From Lobosporangium transversale (taxonomy: Eukaryota), in NCBI RefSeq assembly GCF_002105155.1, contig NW_019028982.1, forward strand, positions 558,001-622,000: a DNA stretch of 64,000 nt. The letters are read 5' to 3'. Position numbers and translations under genes: made by a program. Positions within the stretch are counted from its first letter, which is position 1, and every line of letters begins with the position of its first letter. The notes beneath the pieces were generated by a model. The model did not search any database. It was not told the DNA's origin and worked only from the letters and a program-made list of their open reading frames with translations. Below, one piece after another: positions 26,731 to 40,631 of the stretch.

Positions 26731-28039
26731 TGTCAAAATGAATATGTGTAATGGTAAAAAGGCTATTATCAAGTATTTAAAAACAATGGATGCTATCCGA
26801 AAGGGAAGGAAAGGAAAAGCGGAGCGAATTGTTTAAAAAAAAAAAATTGAAAATTGAAAATTGAAAATTGGAAGGAGATGTTGCTTAAGAATGAAGAAGA
26901 CTCTATGGTAAAAGAAAAGATGAACTACTTGAGGAAGGGAGGAATGGAAGGAAAGGAAAGGAAAGGAAAGGAAAGGAAAGGAAAGGAAAGGAAAGAAGAA
27001 AGAAGAAAGAAGAAGAAAGAAGAATGAAGAATGAAGAATGAAGAAGTAAAAAGTAAAAAGTAAAAAAAAATTAAAAAGATGTTAAGGAGATAAGATTGGT
27101 CAGGCACCAAATGTTGAGAGTGGTTTTGATTGATGAGCAAAAAAAATAAAAAATAAAAAATAAAAAATAAAAAATAAAACATAAAAAATAAAAAAATGTT
27201 TAAAAAAGGGAGGACTTTTATATCGATCTGAGCACACAGCTGTGGCTTGACGATGGACGATGAATAAGGGCTTTACTACTAAAGTCCAACTTGTAGTCAA
27301 ATCATCAAGCCCTATTCAAGTCAAGTCAAGCCAAGTCAAGCCCGAATCAAGTCAAGCCAAGTCAAATCAAGTCAGCTCAAGCCAGGCTTTGGAAGGAATC
27401 GTCAAGCCCAAAAGGCTGTAGATAACCATCGCCACAATAATAAAAACCAACCCAACAATGGGATCTTTCTCAATTGAAACTTGTTTCTTTTTTACCTCAG
27501 CCATCATTGCAAAAAAGCATCTCTGTAAAAGAGCTTTTTTTTTTTTATTATTTTATTTTACTTATTCGCCTTATTGGTACTGTTGGCTCCTTTTTTTTCT
27601 TTCTTTTTTTTCCCCTCTCGATACAATGAGCTAAAAGAGGAACTTGCTGGATCTAATAAACGTTGGGGAAAAGAGCACTTACTCTGGTAGATTCTTTTTA
27701 TTTTTCCTTTTAGCCAAAAAAAAAAAAAAAAAAAAAAAAGCGTCAAAGGGAATAACCACAAGAAATAAAAAAGAATAAAGCCTTGATGAATCAGATGGGC
27801 TGTTCATTGTTCATTGTTCATTGTTCATTGACTACAACATTTGCGCCGCACTAGAGGCTTTATTGTCAATACATACTCAGACTTGTAGACTTGTGGAAAG
27901 CTGGAAATAAATAAAAAAAAAGCGCTTTTGACTGAAACCAGCTCTGCTCACTCTGCAGTATCGATTACTCGGCCATTAATGATGGTTAAAACAAAAACAA
28001 AACAAAAAAAAGATTGCCCCAAACGAAAGCCTTTCTACG

Positions 28040-28075
<36 letters not shown>

Positions 28076-28229
28076 CAATCCTTCGCGCGTCCTAAATAGG
28101 GCAGGTCGATGTATGACAGAAAAAAAAAGGTCCGGAATAGATTTGTTTAACGTTGTCAAAAAAGGTGCTCTTTTTTTAAAAATGACCGAAAAATCCTCCC
28201 CAAAGTTAGAAATGCTCGACGCTCATCTT

Positions 28230-28269
<40 letters not shown>

Positions 28270-29074
28270 TATCCCTAGCAACCTTAACATTTAGAACGAC
28301 GTAGAGCCAGTTTGCAAAAAAAAAATAAAAAAATAAAATAAAAAAGTGAACAATAACAACAACAACAACAACAAAAAAGAAAAAAGATCTGCAGTCTATT
28401 CCTTTTTTTTTTTTTCTTTTTCTTTTTTTTTTTCTTTTACAAACACATGCCAAAGCTTTGTAAAAATAACTCTAGAGGCTAACCTGCTTCTCTCTTTCTT
28501 AGTTCTTTGAAAAGAACGATGACTCTTATGTTCCGCATTGCACCGCATCATAACTGCATCGTAACCGCACCAAAAAAAAAAAAAAAAAAAAAAGCAATCA
28601 CGAGTGCGAGCATGAAGGAACAATGGGAACAATGGGAACAATAAGAATGGGAATACTTTCAAACGCGATAGATAATGGATAATAGTTAGTCAAGATGACA
28701 ATTTATCATCTTTTCATCCCAAAGTTGTATACCAAAATAGATTTGTTAGTACCATCTCTATGCCATATCCGATTAATGCTGTCCATTTGTAAAAGGGCTG
28801 CGCAACGGTGAAAGGAATGAATGACAAAATATTTGTATTTGTCTGTGGCGGGAAGCACTGCCTTCCCCTCCCTCCTTCTCTTGAACACCATTAATCCAAA
28901 AACAAACAAAAAAAAAAAAAAAAAAAAAAAGGAAAAGCCCAAATTACAAAGTGAATGTTTTTTTCTCTTACGTATATTCATTCGTCAGCTACTTTTTTTT
29001 TTTTTTTTTTTTTTTTTTTGTTTTTTTGCAACATCAAGCCAACAGAAGGCTCAGGTCAAGTTTTATTTTTAAAA

Positions 29075-29680
29075 GCAACCTGAACAGAGCTGCATTGATA
29101 TCTTGCATAATATACCGCACAGGGCTTTTTTCCTGCCCTGTGAAGCGTCCCAGATCAATTGTTTGTCTCTTCATTCAAGGTAGTGGTGCTCTAGCGATAA
29201 AGGTAGGTGTTTTTGAAAGTTCGGTCACCCTTGGTAGGCCCATACTCTTTCCTCGGCTCGTATTCTCCTCTTCATCAGCTTGGTTAATTTCGTGGACGTC
29301 ACTAGTTTTGAACCGTTCCAATGAGTCTCCCAAACGAGGGCCCTTTAGAGAGTCAACTATAGAAAAAAAAAAAGAACGATCCTAAGTTTAGAGCAATGAG
29401 ATATGCGTTTGATGATCACGGAGTCTAGTACCAGGGACTAGAGGCAAAAAGATGTCCTTTTCGTGATGAGAGAGCTTACCGTATGGCGTCACTACAACCT
29501 TAATTGGCCTACGATGTATCGACGTCTTCAAGTTGGCTAATTTAGAACAGAGGCCAACTCATGGCAAATGAAGCTGGTAGACAGATAAATGCCCTATACT
29601 CAGGCTGGACTGATGGCATGGATCCAGGAGGAGTCTGATAGACTCTTTTTGAGACTTCTTCGCCCGCTCATTCCTCTTTT
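29075..29680 (-). pseudogene. Possible decayed intron-containing gene remnant of unknown family
   Basis: Coding-like composition in an AT-rich intergenic zone. Minus-strand donor (ACG|gtaagc ~29480) and acceptor (poly-T ctatag ~29360), followed by a reading frame with an internal stop. Confidence 0.3.
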
Positions 29681-32275
29681 CCTCACAAGTTCACAGCCAC
29701 CATCAACGATTTTCTTCCTATTTTGAGTTTACTTTTAATGTTGCCGAAAAGCCAGTATTGGTGTAGACACATTTTCCTTCTCCTTCCTGAACAAAGCTTC
29801 CACCACAGCCAGCATTGTCTGTCTCTCTCGAATGAGGAAGCACTCACGAGGGAAAGAAAAAGATTGTAATGGGAGGTTAAATTATACAAGATGCAGTGAA
29901 AGGATGGAGAGATCACTGGTGGTGTTTTGTGAATGCAACTTTTTTGTTTCTTGGGAATATGAAAGTAGAAAGGTATAAGGAAAATATATAATATATATAT
30001 CACGCGCGTAATAGCAGCGTTAATAATAATCAGATTTCCAAATTTCCTAGGATCAGATGATCCTAGGATAGACTATCACATCTTCAAACATCGCGGCCAC
30101 AATATTCAGAGAAAACTTTGTTTTAGTGGTCGTCTATGTTTATTTTCCCATGAGAGTCCATGAGAATCCATAAGGATGATAGTTTGCGATTGGGAGAGTA
30201 TAAAAAAAAAAACAAAACAAAAAAAAAAGATTATCAAATCAACCTAAAAGTATATATATATAATATCCATTCAAAATGGATGGAGGAGAACTATCCAACA
30301 AACTATAACAACCAAGTATGTTTATAATAACAAATAAACAACAGCAACAACAAAAAATCGTCTGGAGTTTGGAGTTTGGAAGAATATGTGTATATTTCTA
30401 GATGATGATGATGATGCTGATGCTGATGCTGATAAGTAGGAAATGATGGACAGAAAACGCTGCATGGATGTGCAAGGATAAAATGGCCCATGAAGCTTTT
30501 TTTTTTTTCTATAATAGATATAAAAGCCATTTGTCAATGAATGATAATGGCCGACGATCATAATGACAATATGTATATATGTAATGACATTTATTATATA
30601 ATATATCATACTAAAACCGATTTTATATTGTTCATAATGAGAATAGGGTAACGGCTATATCTCTTGTCTTTATTCTTTATTCAAAAAAAAAAAAAAAAAA
30701 AAAAAAAAAATGAAAGAAGAGAATGAAAAAATGGAATGTTTGGATTAGAAGAAGAACAATAGCGCACGTAACACATTCTCATGAACAATTTTTTATCAAA
30801 GTTAATCATATATACATGTATTATATATATATACTATCATCGTATTCTATATTCATGTACATACTCCATTCTATCCTTCTCTGTTTGTTTTATTTTGAGA
30901 ATAGGTTAATGAACATTCCTTTAGAATGGGCGTAAAAAAACAACAGCAACAACAGAGGCGCTAGCGTGTTTGTTTTCTGTCAATGTGTGGGGAAAAAAGG
31001 CGCCTTGATGGGATCTTGGATCTTGGATAACTGATAATCTATTTACATCCATACATCTGTTCTACACATCATGTATATATATATATATGTATATATATAT
31101 TATATGGGGGCACAGTTCCTTATTTTAGTCCTTAGTTTAGTTTAAGGAAACCCAAGTTCATAGAATGCAGAGGATCCCAAGTTCTTTAGTATGATCAGCA
31201 AATGATTTTGTTTGTGAGATCGATCTAAAGGGTAAAATAAGATTAATTCAGCCTAAAAAAAAACCGAGAACATCGAGGGAAGATGTCTAAATACAGCAAA
31301 CATGCAATATGTATATATATATTATATATATATTTATAATACATTATATATATAATATAATATAATATATAATCATGTTATATTAAACATGAGAACGGGA
31401 CCTGAAATACTTTGATGCGTTATGACGAAAGTTATCGAACTCCAATCCAGGTCGAGTGAGGTCGAAATGATGGTGCATAGTGAGCGGGGTTTCTTTTTTG
31501 CACACACACACACACACACACATACACACGCTTGATGGTGTCAATGTTCAGAAGATGCATGAGATTACAGAGAAAAAAGGATGAATGTTAATCTACGGCA
31601 TACAGTATGAATCTCTCCTATCTGCAGAAAAAAAAAGAGCCGCCGTTCTGGACACAATTTTGTACATTCATGTAGACAGCGCATGTGAGAGCATCGGATT
31701 TAGAGAATACAAGGAACCGACGTAGAATAGATGAAGTAACATTTTGTTTATTTATCCTGCAGGCGCCTTTTGTGCGACTCGCGCGTGTGATCAGACTAGG
31801 AACCAGCCAATCGCATTAGAAACCTTCTTGACAAGGCTCTCGAAGGAAAAGGGTTACATATACACGTTGAACTGGTTTTCTTCATATTCTACCTCTTTGT
31901 TTCATTAGGACTTTCTTCATTCTAGAATCGGTAATATATATATATATATATATATAATAAAAAGGTGAAATAGCAACAAAGAAAAGGTAGAAAGAAAGGA
32001 AAGGAGGAAAGAGTGGAAGAAGTGTAATTTTGGCAATGGTAATGACAACGAGATTAAGATTAAGAACGAGGACGAGAATGAAGAAAACTTGTTTGATAAT
32101 AATGTCGACATGCAAGGAAATACCCTTGCATGTCCATGGAAAGGAAGAAAAAAAAAAAAAAAAAAAAAAAAAAACGTTTGGTCCCCCAACAATAGCAATA
32201 GCAATAGCAAATCAACTTGCCATCTATTCGCTGTAGGCATTTTCCCAACGTATGATCCTGTGAAAATACTCTTTT

Positions 32276-32314
<39 letters not shown>

Positions 32315-33747
32315 GAATTTTATATATGCTATTTACTGTTTACTGTCTATTGTTTTTCATTTTTGCATCGCCCCGCAATCCGCTCCTTGCATGGACCTCG
32401 TTGTTGTGACATGGATACAAAACAAAAAATAAAATAAAAAGCGATTATCAAGATTGGCAAAAGATGGGGTGATATGTGTGTATACATGAACATGTACAGC
32501 ATTGTATATGCACACGAGATAAATATTATACTGTATTCTTGACAAGGTTGACTTTGAGGAAACATTCTGAATAGAAACATGGTGAGAACCATAACTTGGC
32601 CAATGATGTAGCATATACTGGAAGGAGCAAAAGTTGAATAATCAGCTTATTTGAAGCACATGGTTAATTTGGGAGAGCCTTTCTGCTCTGTTCCTCTTGC
32701 TCCTTTTCTGTAAGGTTTATTACAAAGAAATCAAAAAAGGTGACTGACTTGCTTTTTTTTTTTTTTTTTTTTTTTTTGCCGCTGGATTGCCATTGGTTGG
32801 CTGGGGAATGCAAGAAGCACGCGGTTGTGTGAACACAAAGCAGAGCATTAGGCATTTATCCATATCTCCCATGGTGGCATTCCTCGCCAGTATCTGTACC
32901 ATCAATCCTTTAGTGATACTCGAGACTTTCTGACGCCCTAGGTTAGTCCTCAGTTTTTTTTTCTTTTTCTTTTTCTTTTTCTTTTTCTTTTTTTTTTCTC
33001 GGTACGATAGAAGAATGAAGTAAGGGTGGGCAGGAGAGAGCTACTAGCTCGGATAATGGATGTGAAGACTGCTTTCCCCCATACTCCATAATAAACACAT
33101 CTGCAAGGGATGATCGCACAAACAAACCGTTGTTTCCACATTGCCAGTATCCTTTTTTTATTTGTGTATATGTAAATGTGTATGCAATATATATATCTGG
33201 ACTAGATTCAATCAATCAAGGGACCTAGAACAGAAGAAGGCCCTGCCGCCTTGCCTTTGTTCTTCTCTGTTTGCTGTTTGCTGTTTGCTTGATAGTTGTT
33301 TATTGCTTGTTTGTTTTCTGTTGTCCTGTGTTGGGACCATGGTATGCTTGTTATTTTAATTTTTTTAGAGTCTGGCCAATGACAAGGCTCAACTAGCTTG
33401 ATTCCCATCAGATGTCGCCATCGATTCTCCGTGGAGGGTTGAGGAGACCCATGTTGGTATTGCACATGTCTGTTTTGTATTTTTGCTTTCCATCGCTTTA
33501 TTCTTTGTAGTTTGTAGCCGTTTAGTCGGCTTAGGCCCAACCCTGGTGCATGATTGTTTGACATATCATGACTGGGCACCAACAGACGATTACCCACCAC
33601 CTTTTCCATCAGATTCAAACAAAAATATGAAAATAATGATACAAATATTCATTCATATATACAAGGAAGAAGAGAGATTGGCCCTACAAAATGTCATGGG
33701 GAATGCAAACGCTGCAATAGTATATATCATGCATCCGCAGTAATTCT

Positions 33748-33808
<61 letters not shown>

Positions 33809-35483
33809 TAGCTCAAGTGGTGGGAAGTTGCTCCGTGTTCACATAAACGAAAGCGCTGATGGGAAGGTATATAGAGGAACAGAATATATTTTAGAAATGA
33901 ATTGGATAATCCACTCTCCATTCCATCCCTGTTTACATTTATTCTCATGTTTATTTACACTTTAGTATTTGAATAACTTGATAGATTGATAAAGGTAATA
34001 GATGACTCCCAAGTTATATATATATATATATACTTTAATTTCATTTCCAATAAACAACAAACAAAGAACTGACCTCATTGGCTCTGCGACCCGGACGCGC
34101 CTTTCCCTGGAATAGCCATGGAGAACACTCGACTTGAAATCAATTAATGGATTAACGAATGAATGAAATAGATATTAAATAAACCATAAACCCATATCAT
34201 TTAAACTGAGAAAGAGAAAAAAACGTAACGGTCCATGCCAAACAACAAACAATAGGCTGGGAATGCCAATAGGGAAAGACAGCAGACAAGAGATTTGCCT
34301 TCATCGGATGCTTATCACTGCACTCTTTCATTCGTGCGTCAAAGTCATTCCAACTCCATTTGGGATAGTCTTTTTTTTCTATTCTTTCGCAGAGTGAAAT
34401 ATATATGTAAATGTATATGTAATAAAATATATTACATACTTTATGAGATCTTCATTATCCTTGCTATTTTCAGATCGGTTCACGATCATAATTAATGATG
34501 TATCTCTCCTCTGTCCGTGTGTGGTATTGTCTCTGTTGCCAACACAGATACATCCATACCATACTATACAGATGTATAATGTGTCTGTGTTGCAAATGTC
34601 TGTTCGCGACAATGAGAAGAGTCAAGAGAGCATATCTCTGACCCTGCAACAGCTGGCTCACATTTATTTATTACAATTTGTATACATTGTTTCGTTTGGG
34701 CTTGCGGGATAGTCCCCGACATCCTCTTCCGATTCCTCATTAAATATTCATTTGTAAAAATGCATTGCAATTAATACTGCATCTTCTGTTACTCTTGTGT
34801 GCATTGTTGTAAATGGAAAGGGTCTTTCTCCATCTCATTTCTCGCGTCATACCTCATCAAACTTCCTTCTCCCTTGCATAACATTTAATAGGGTCCAAAC
34901 CATATTCTCTGTTCTTTGTCATGTCGGCTGATGAAATAAAAAAATAAAAAAATAAAAAGAGACAGGTTCCGTCTAATAGAATAAACGGCTAAGGATGTGA
35001 TAGATTTTCCGAGAGGATAGACATGAATGAAGCGTTCAGTTGTTACACGCCGAGATGACATTGATTGTGCTCAGAATATATTTCAGCATGCAATAGACAG
35101 AGAGGAGTAGACAGATAAAAGAAAGACATTCACTTCTGGTTGGTCTCAATCTAACCAAGCTGGAATGGGCTACATGGACCAATGCGCCATGGATCACTTC
35201 AATAACATGTTTAAAATAATAATAACAAGAGACACATGCAGGTTGCCTGCAAAAGAAGGCCTAGCATTTTTTATTCAAATGTGAGGACATGCATATTTTC
35301 TGCGCTTTGTGTATTTCCCAGGGCAAGAAACCGAAAGTTAAAGCCTGATCAGCAGGGCAAAACAAACAAACAAAACCAGTATTTATTTCATATTACTTAT
35401 TAAATACATGTTTATTATGCAGAGAGATATTGTATACTTTTTCATACATTCTTAACCAATGTCGCTAATAAATGTTTATATTA

Positions 35484-35669
35484 TAGCCCGTTTCATTTGG
35501 TCGCGATACCTTATATTTTTTGAATACTTTCGAGTGTATTGGCAGCCAATTAGCTCGCTTGTTACGAGTATTGTTGCAAGTCCGTCACGTAGTGAGATGC
35601 CACCAGAACAATTCAATCATCGTTTTTAGATTAAAAATATAAGGTATCGTGACCAAATAAAATTGGCGA
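35484..35669. mobile_element. 186-bp MITE with ~37-bp imperfect TIRs and TA target-site duplication (Tc1/mariner-type)
   Basis: Absent from copy B, where the empty site reads tttatatTActgttg (~52621-52635). TIRs tagcccgtttcatttggtcgcgataccttatattttt vs revcomp tcgccaattttatttggtcacgataccttatattttt (32/37). TA at 35482-83 and 35670-71. Confidence 0.9.
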
Positions 35670-36086
35670 TACTGTTGTTGTTTTGAACAGTCTGGCCTTT
35701 TTGCCTCTTCTGATCCTTTGATAGAGCCCTCTCTTTCCTACAGCTTGTCAAGGCCCTGACTACAATGTGAGCTGAACCCTGTTTTTCATCTAATTTGTAA
35801 TATCCCCAATGTACTATGTATTTTAAACTATGTACTCTAATGTTCCTGCAGGTCAAAGTTGGAGGACAGGAGAAAGAGAGAGAAAGAGACACAGAGACAT
35901 GGCGATGAACCCTGAATGGCTTGACTGTTAGGATGTTTACGATGTTTACAAACCTTGTTATGAGCCCTTTTCGTGCTTTCACCATCATTGAGAGTTGCAC
36001 ATTGTATCTCTGCATCTCATCAAGTGCCAACTTTGAACCTTCCATTCAACTATAGTAACTGCTGCTGCTTCTACAAAAAAAACGAG

Positions 36087-36093
36087 TATAAAA
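36087..36093 (+). promoter_or_regulatory. TATA box of subtilisin copy A (copy B at 53045-53051)
   Basis: TATAAAA ~150 bp upstream of the ATG, followed by a CT-rich leader. Confidence 0.6.
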
Positions 36094-36240
36094 GCAACGG
36101 CCTCAATGCACCATTTCCCTTTTTTTTTCTTCACTCCTCATCCACATCTTCAGATCTCTCAACCCTTCCCAGCTCACTAGCTAACAAAAAAAGCCTCTCT
36201 CTTCTCAACTCTACCTAAAAAAAAAAAAACAACACCAACC

Positions 36241-37422
36241 ATGAAGTTCACTGGTATTTTCCTCATCGCATCCTGCGTTGCTCTCTTCAGCGTTGAAGCT
36301 GCTCCTTTGATCAGGGGTAACGGTGGCAAGCCAGTCCCTGACTCTTACATTGTTGTCCTCAAGGAAGGCAAGAACGTTACTGACTTCATCCCCAAGTTCA
36401 ACGCCATTGCTCGCCGCCAGAACGGCCGTGGTCGCAAGTCCACAATCAACCGCCAGTACAAGGCCATCCAAGGTTTCTCCATGACTGTCAATGCTGCTGC
36501 CTTGAAGGAGATCTTGGCTTCAGATGATGTCGAGTACGTTGAGGAGGATCAGGTTGTCACCATCAACACTCTCCAGCAAAGCAACCCTCCTTCCTGGGGT
36601 CTTCCTCGCGTCTCTCAGCGCCAGCGCAACTCTGCTGCTCCTTACTACTACCAAGACCAAGCTGGAGCTGGCGTCACTGCCTACGTCATTGACACTGGTA
36701 TCAACACTGGCCACGTCGACTTCCAAGGTCGTGCCACCATGGGTGCCAACTTCATCTCTGGCTCTGCTAACACTGACGAGAACGGTCACGGTACCCACGT
36801 CGCTGGTACCATCGGTGGTGGCTCATATGGTGTTGCCAAGAGGGTCACCTTGGTCGGTGTCAAGGTTTTGGATGCTCGAGGCTCTGGCTCCTTCTCTGGC
36901 ATCATTGCTGGTATGGACTGGGTTGCCCAGCGTGCTCGTGGCACCAAGGCTGTTGTCAACATGTCACTCGGTGGTGGCAAGTCTCAGTCTGTTGACTCTG
37001 CTTTGACTCGCCTCTTCAATGCTGGTATCCCCTCAATCGTCGCTGCTGGTAACGACCCCAACGCTGATGCCTGCAATGGCTCTCCATCTGGTGCTCAAGG
37101 CTCATTCACCGTTGCTGCCTCTGACATTAACGACAACATTGCCTCATTCTCTTCCTGGGGACAATGTGTTGACATCTTCGGACCTGGTGTCAACATCAAG
37201 TCTGCCTGGATCGGTGGTAGCACTGCCACTAACACCATCTCTGGAACCTCGATGGCTTCTCCTCACGTTGCTGGTGTTGCTGCTCTTATCATGAGCGCTG
37301 ACGGCTCCCTCACCTCACCTCAGGCTGTGTACGACAGATTGCGCCAGACTGCCACCCCCAACGTCATCACTGGCAACCTCCGCGGCTCTCCCAACCGCTT
37401 GGTCTTCAACAGCGCTGTCTAA
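36241..37422 (+). CDS. Secreted subtilisin-like serine protease (S8A, proteinase K-like) with I9 propeptide, copy A
   Basis: Signal peptide; 'VPDSYIVVLK' I9 prodomain; catalytic 'IDTG', 'HGTHVAG', 'GTSMASPHVAG'; oxyanion 'AAGN'. Intronless. Confidence 0.97.
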   Translation: MKFTGIFLIASCVALFSVEAAPLIRGNGGKPVPDSYIVVLKEGKNVTDFIPKFNAIARRQNGRGRKSTINRQYKAIQGFSMTVNAAALKEILASDDVEYVEEDQVVTINTLQQSNPPSWGLPRVSQRQRNSAAPYYYQDQAGAGVTAYVIDTGINTGHVDFQGRATMGANFISGSANTDENGHGTHVAGTIGGGSYGVAKRVTLVGVKVLDARGSGSFSGIIAGMDWVAQRARGTKAVVNMSLGGGKSQSVDSALTRLFNAGIPSIVAAGNDPNADACNGSPSGAQGSFTVAASDINDNIASFSSWGQCVDIFGPGVNIKSAWIGGSTATNTISGTSMASPHVAGVAALIMSADGSLTSPQAVYDRLRQTATPNVITGNLRGSPNRLVFNSAV

Positions 37423-38399
37423 ATTGACTTTGCTGTATACCCTTTATGATCTGAGATCATATAGGTGGTTTTATTGTCATACTCTATCCTTATCCCTCTC
37501 CAATATTGTTAGTATATATCTGATGTGGTGCCTGGAGCATTTCCATCGTATTTTAAAAAAAGAAAAATAGTTTTTATTTAGTTAACTTTTCTACTCGAGT
37601 TGCAAGTCTTTGACTGGATCAAAGAAAAAATCGATAGCTGGCTAGTTAATGAAGAATAAAGAAATCAAAATTACATCTGAAGATATTCTTTCGATAAGAT
37701 ATGAAAATGTGTAATCCATGAATGTATTGGAAACGAGTTATTTTGTCTGTTGCTAAAACCCATCAAAAAGAGTGGAGCAACGCCATCAAACCAAACTTAT
37801 TCAATGACTCTTTTTTTTTTTTTTTTTTTTTTTTTTGTTTTTTTTTTTTTTTCTCTTGAAGTTTTTCATTTGCAATATAAAAAAATCCTCTGCTTCGTTT
37901 AGTCAATAATGAATAAAAAAAAATAAAAAAAAAGTAGAAGTGTTTGAATGAAAATGGCAAAGGAGACAAAGTTCTTTCCTTTTTTTTTTAGAAGCCAGTT
38001 TTTCTTGTCAGGCGAGAGAAAAAGAAGTGTTTTTTATTTTTATTTTTATTTCTAAAGTAAAACCATAGACTTCATTAAAGTCTTGCTCCTCAAATGAAAA
38101 CAACCAGAACTCTTTGTCAGAAGGCTGTATGTATTCTTCTCATATATCCCGACTTGGGAGAAAGGGGAAGGAGAGAAGCGTTTCTTAATTGGTGTCCAAT
38201 CCTCTTCCCTGCTATCTCTTGACTTCTTGAGTTTGATTTTTTTTTTTTTTTTTTTTTTTTTTTGCTTCTCTAAGTACGCTACTATGGAAGCAACCCATAT
38301 TGATATCCACTTTAGCTCTTCGATTGCACTGGAATGCCTTGAAGGACATTGGCGCTTTTCCTTGCTTACATATCCCACTAACTAATATACCATCTACGA

Positions 38400-38960
38400 G
38401 GCGAGCAGATTAGTGACTTTCCCGTTAGACGGATATCGAATGCTCTGGGCATCCTAAGCCAGTTTCAATCATCATTAGACGCATCTAGACGATGATCAGC
38501 GGAACAATGCAACACGGTTCTATGGCCATTAGACGAAAACATAGTTTGTTTGAGCTCAAACTTATATTTCTTCAGCTTCATCATCTTCTGCCCTGCTGTC
38601 GCATCCCACAGCTGTAACGCCTTGCCATCTCTGCCAACTTCGATCTGGAGTCCGTCAAATAAATAGGTTGCATCTCACATAGCGCACGCGAGCGGAGGCA
38701 TCATACCTAGCTGAAGCATAGCGGCTTCCACCTAGTGAATACATAATATAACAGATAAAGCTTGGGCCACCCAATCTGAACCAATACTCTCGAAAGTATC
38801 TCGATGTGAAGGGCCAAATCCATGACATTACCAAGCTTCATGTTGGAAGGTGCCCGTGACTGGTCTTTCCTTTCTGAAGTCAGTTCATATACTTTGATAG
38901 GATCAAGCGCCATGATCTTGACCCCCTGTTTCGACTAGAAGTTCATTTTGAAGAACAATA
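38400..38960 (-). pseudogene. Decayed remnant resembling the C-terminus of a PD-(D/E)XK (REase-like) Mucoromycota protein
   Basis: 'YELTSERKDQSRAPSNMKLGNVMDLAL' resembles the E.K......D..KLG..M..AL helix of these families. Stops and frameshifts surround it. Confidence 0.35.
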
Positions 38961-40286
38961 AGCATTGAACTGGCTTATCATCACAGGCCCATGTAAGCTT
39001 AACCTTTGTATATTAATATTTGTAGGCACAAGCCCCTGGCGGCCCTACAAGCAGTTCTCCTGGGGTTACTTGTTCTGCTTCCTGTATTGGTATAGTTACC
39101 CCTCTTTCATTGCCTATAGTTGCCTAGAAGCCGCTTTGGGTTGCAAAACCTGGTTGAAGTGACAATATATATCACTTTGCATCAGATTAATTAAAAAAAA
39201 AGAAAGAAAAGAAAAGAAAAAGAAGAGGTGCGCTTTATGGTAAAACAAAGATCTTTTATTTAAAATTGGTAGTCGATATGTGAGGCCCTATAATCGTACT
39301 ATCTGCTTTGATTAGACTATTTCGTCCCCAGTAGGGCTGGGAACAGCACACCATAGTGGCCCCTAAAAGCCTCTAATACCCTGCAACGTGTGTAGTTTAC
39401 AGTAAATCAGTACTATGCCCAACAACCTACCTTGTATACATATTACATCTCAGTGGAGCACTTCAGTTAATATGCAGTAAACCAACAACACCATCGAAAG
39501 TGAGGAAGTAGAAAAAGTAAAGCTAAAAGCCAAAACCAAAAACTGGTAGAGCAGCTGTACGGGCTACTTATACGAGGCGCAAAGACAGGAGCAAGCAAAA
39601 AAAAAAAAAAAAAAAAAAAAGTAGTGATGGATATATAACGTTGGAGGAAGAAAGGAGAAGAGAAGCAGATTATTGGTTAGAAGGGCGCGTGAGAGGAGTA
39701 GCACCCTTCCATTTCAGAACATTCCTAGGAATTTATCACAATTGGGACAACCATAAGAAGAATTATCACAAACCACCGAATAATCTTCAGGAACTTGGGA
39801 TTGGTCGGTGGTGGGAAGGAAAAAACACGAAAAACAGGGAGAGTGAAGTAAGCTACTATACAGCTACTAGCCCATAGCAAATGATGAGGAGAGGCAAAAC
39901 AAAATTGCTAATACATAAACGAGAATAATGGCGAACACAAAAAAAAACATGGAGTGATTGCGAGCAAAATTCGACCTAAAGCCAGAACGATGAACTATTC
40001 ACCTACCACTGAAGACAGCATCTACAAGGAAGAGTGCTCAACTACAAAATTAGGGACTCCAACTTAGTTCTATTACTTGCCGAGATTGAAAGGGCCGGGG
40101 CTGAAGAGAGAAGAAAGTGCTAGCCGAGTGTCGAGTGTATCGAGCGAGCACTTCGTTTCTTGTACGTTCACTGTTCGCATCTCGTCCATACCTACTAGTA
40201 CATACAAAAAATAGAATAAAATAAAGCGGTACATGACTGACTAGTGATTATCCAACCTGTGTTAGCAACTCTCTCTAATCAGTCGT

Positions 40287-40630
40287 TATTCTTTTAGTAA
40301 TGCTCGAGGCCCTAGGACAAAACTGACAATACATAAATGCCCTAGGCTGGTCTTCATATTTCTTTTTGGAAGTAAGGGTGGAATTGGTGGGACAGGGGAT
40401 AGTTACTAGCTCGAATAATGGGCGTGAAAACGGCCTCTGTCATCTTGGTGCGCCCATGACGAGTACATCTTTATCATACTACTGGATGTCCTGTTTGCAA
40501 AACACCATCATTGGACATGCAAGGGATGGTCGCACAGAAACAGACAAGCTGTTTTTCCATACTATGAATGTTCAATAAAAAACAATAAAGAGCTTTTTAT
40601 TTGTGTGTAAATAAGGATGCAATATATGGG
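40287..40630 (+). repeat. Segmental duplication copy B, left (detached) part
   Basis: Collinear matches to 32905-33195: cttt(t)agt.at.ctcgag, gccctagg, taagggtgg, tactagctcg.ataatgg, gcaagggatg.tcgcaca, tttttatttgtgt, atgcaatatat. Confidence 0.8.
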
Positions 40631-40631
40631 C

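Larger units (their letters stand above)
32905..37690 (+). repeat. Segmental duplication copy A (subtilisin locus)
   Basis: Matches 40287-40630 plus 50365-54648. Near-identical from ~34270 to ~37560, clearly more diverged upstream. Confidence 0.93.

Noticed and set aside
34295..36045. Short ORFs repeated identically at 51441-53003
   Set aside because: They recur only because the DNA is duplicated; no coding features.
39300..40250. Possible LINE/TE relic
   Set aside because: Only vague purine-rich coding-like character; no diagnostic motif.
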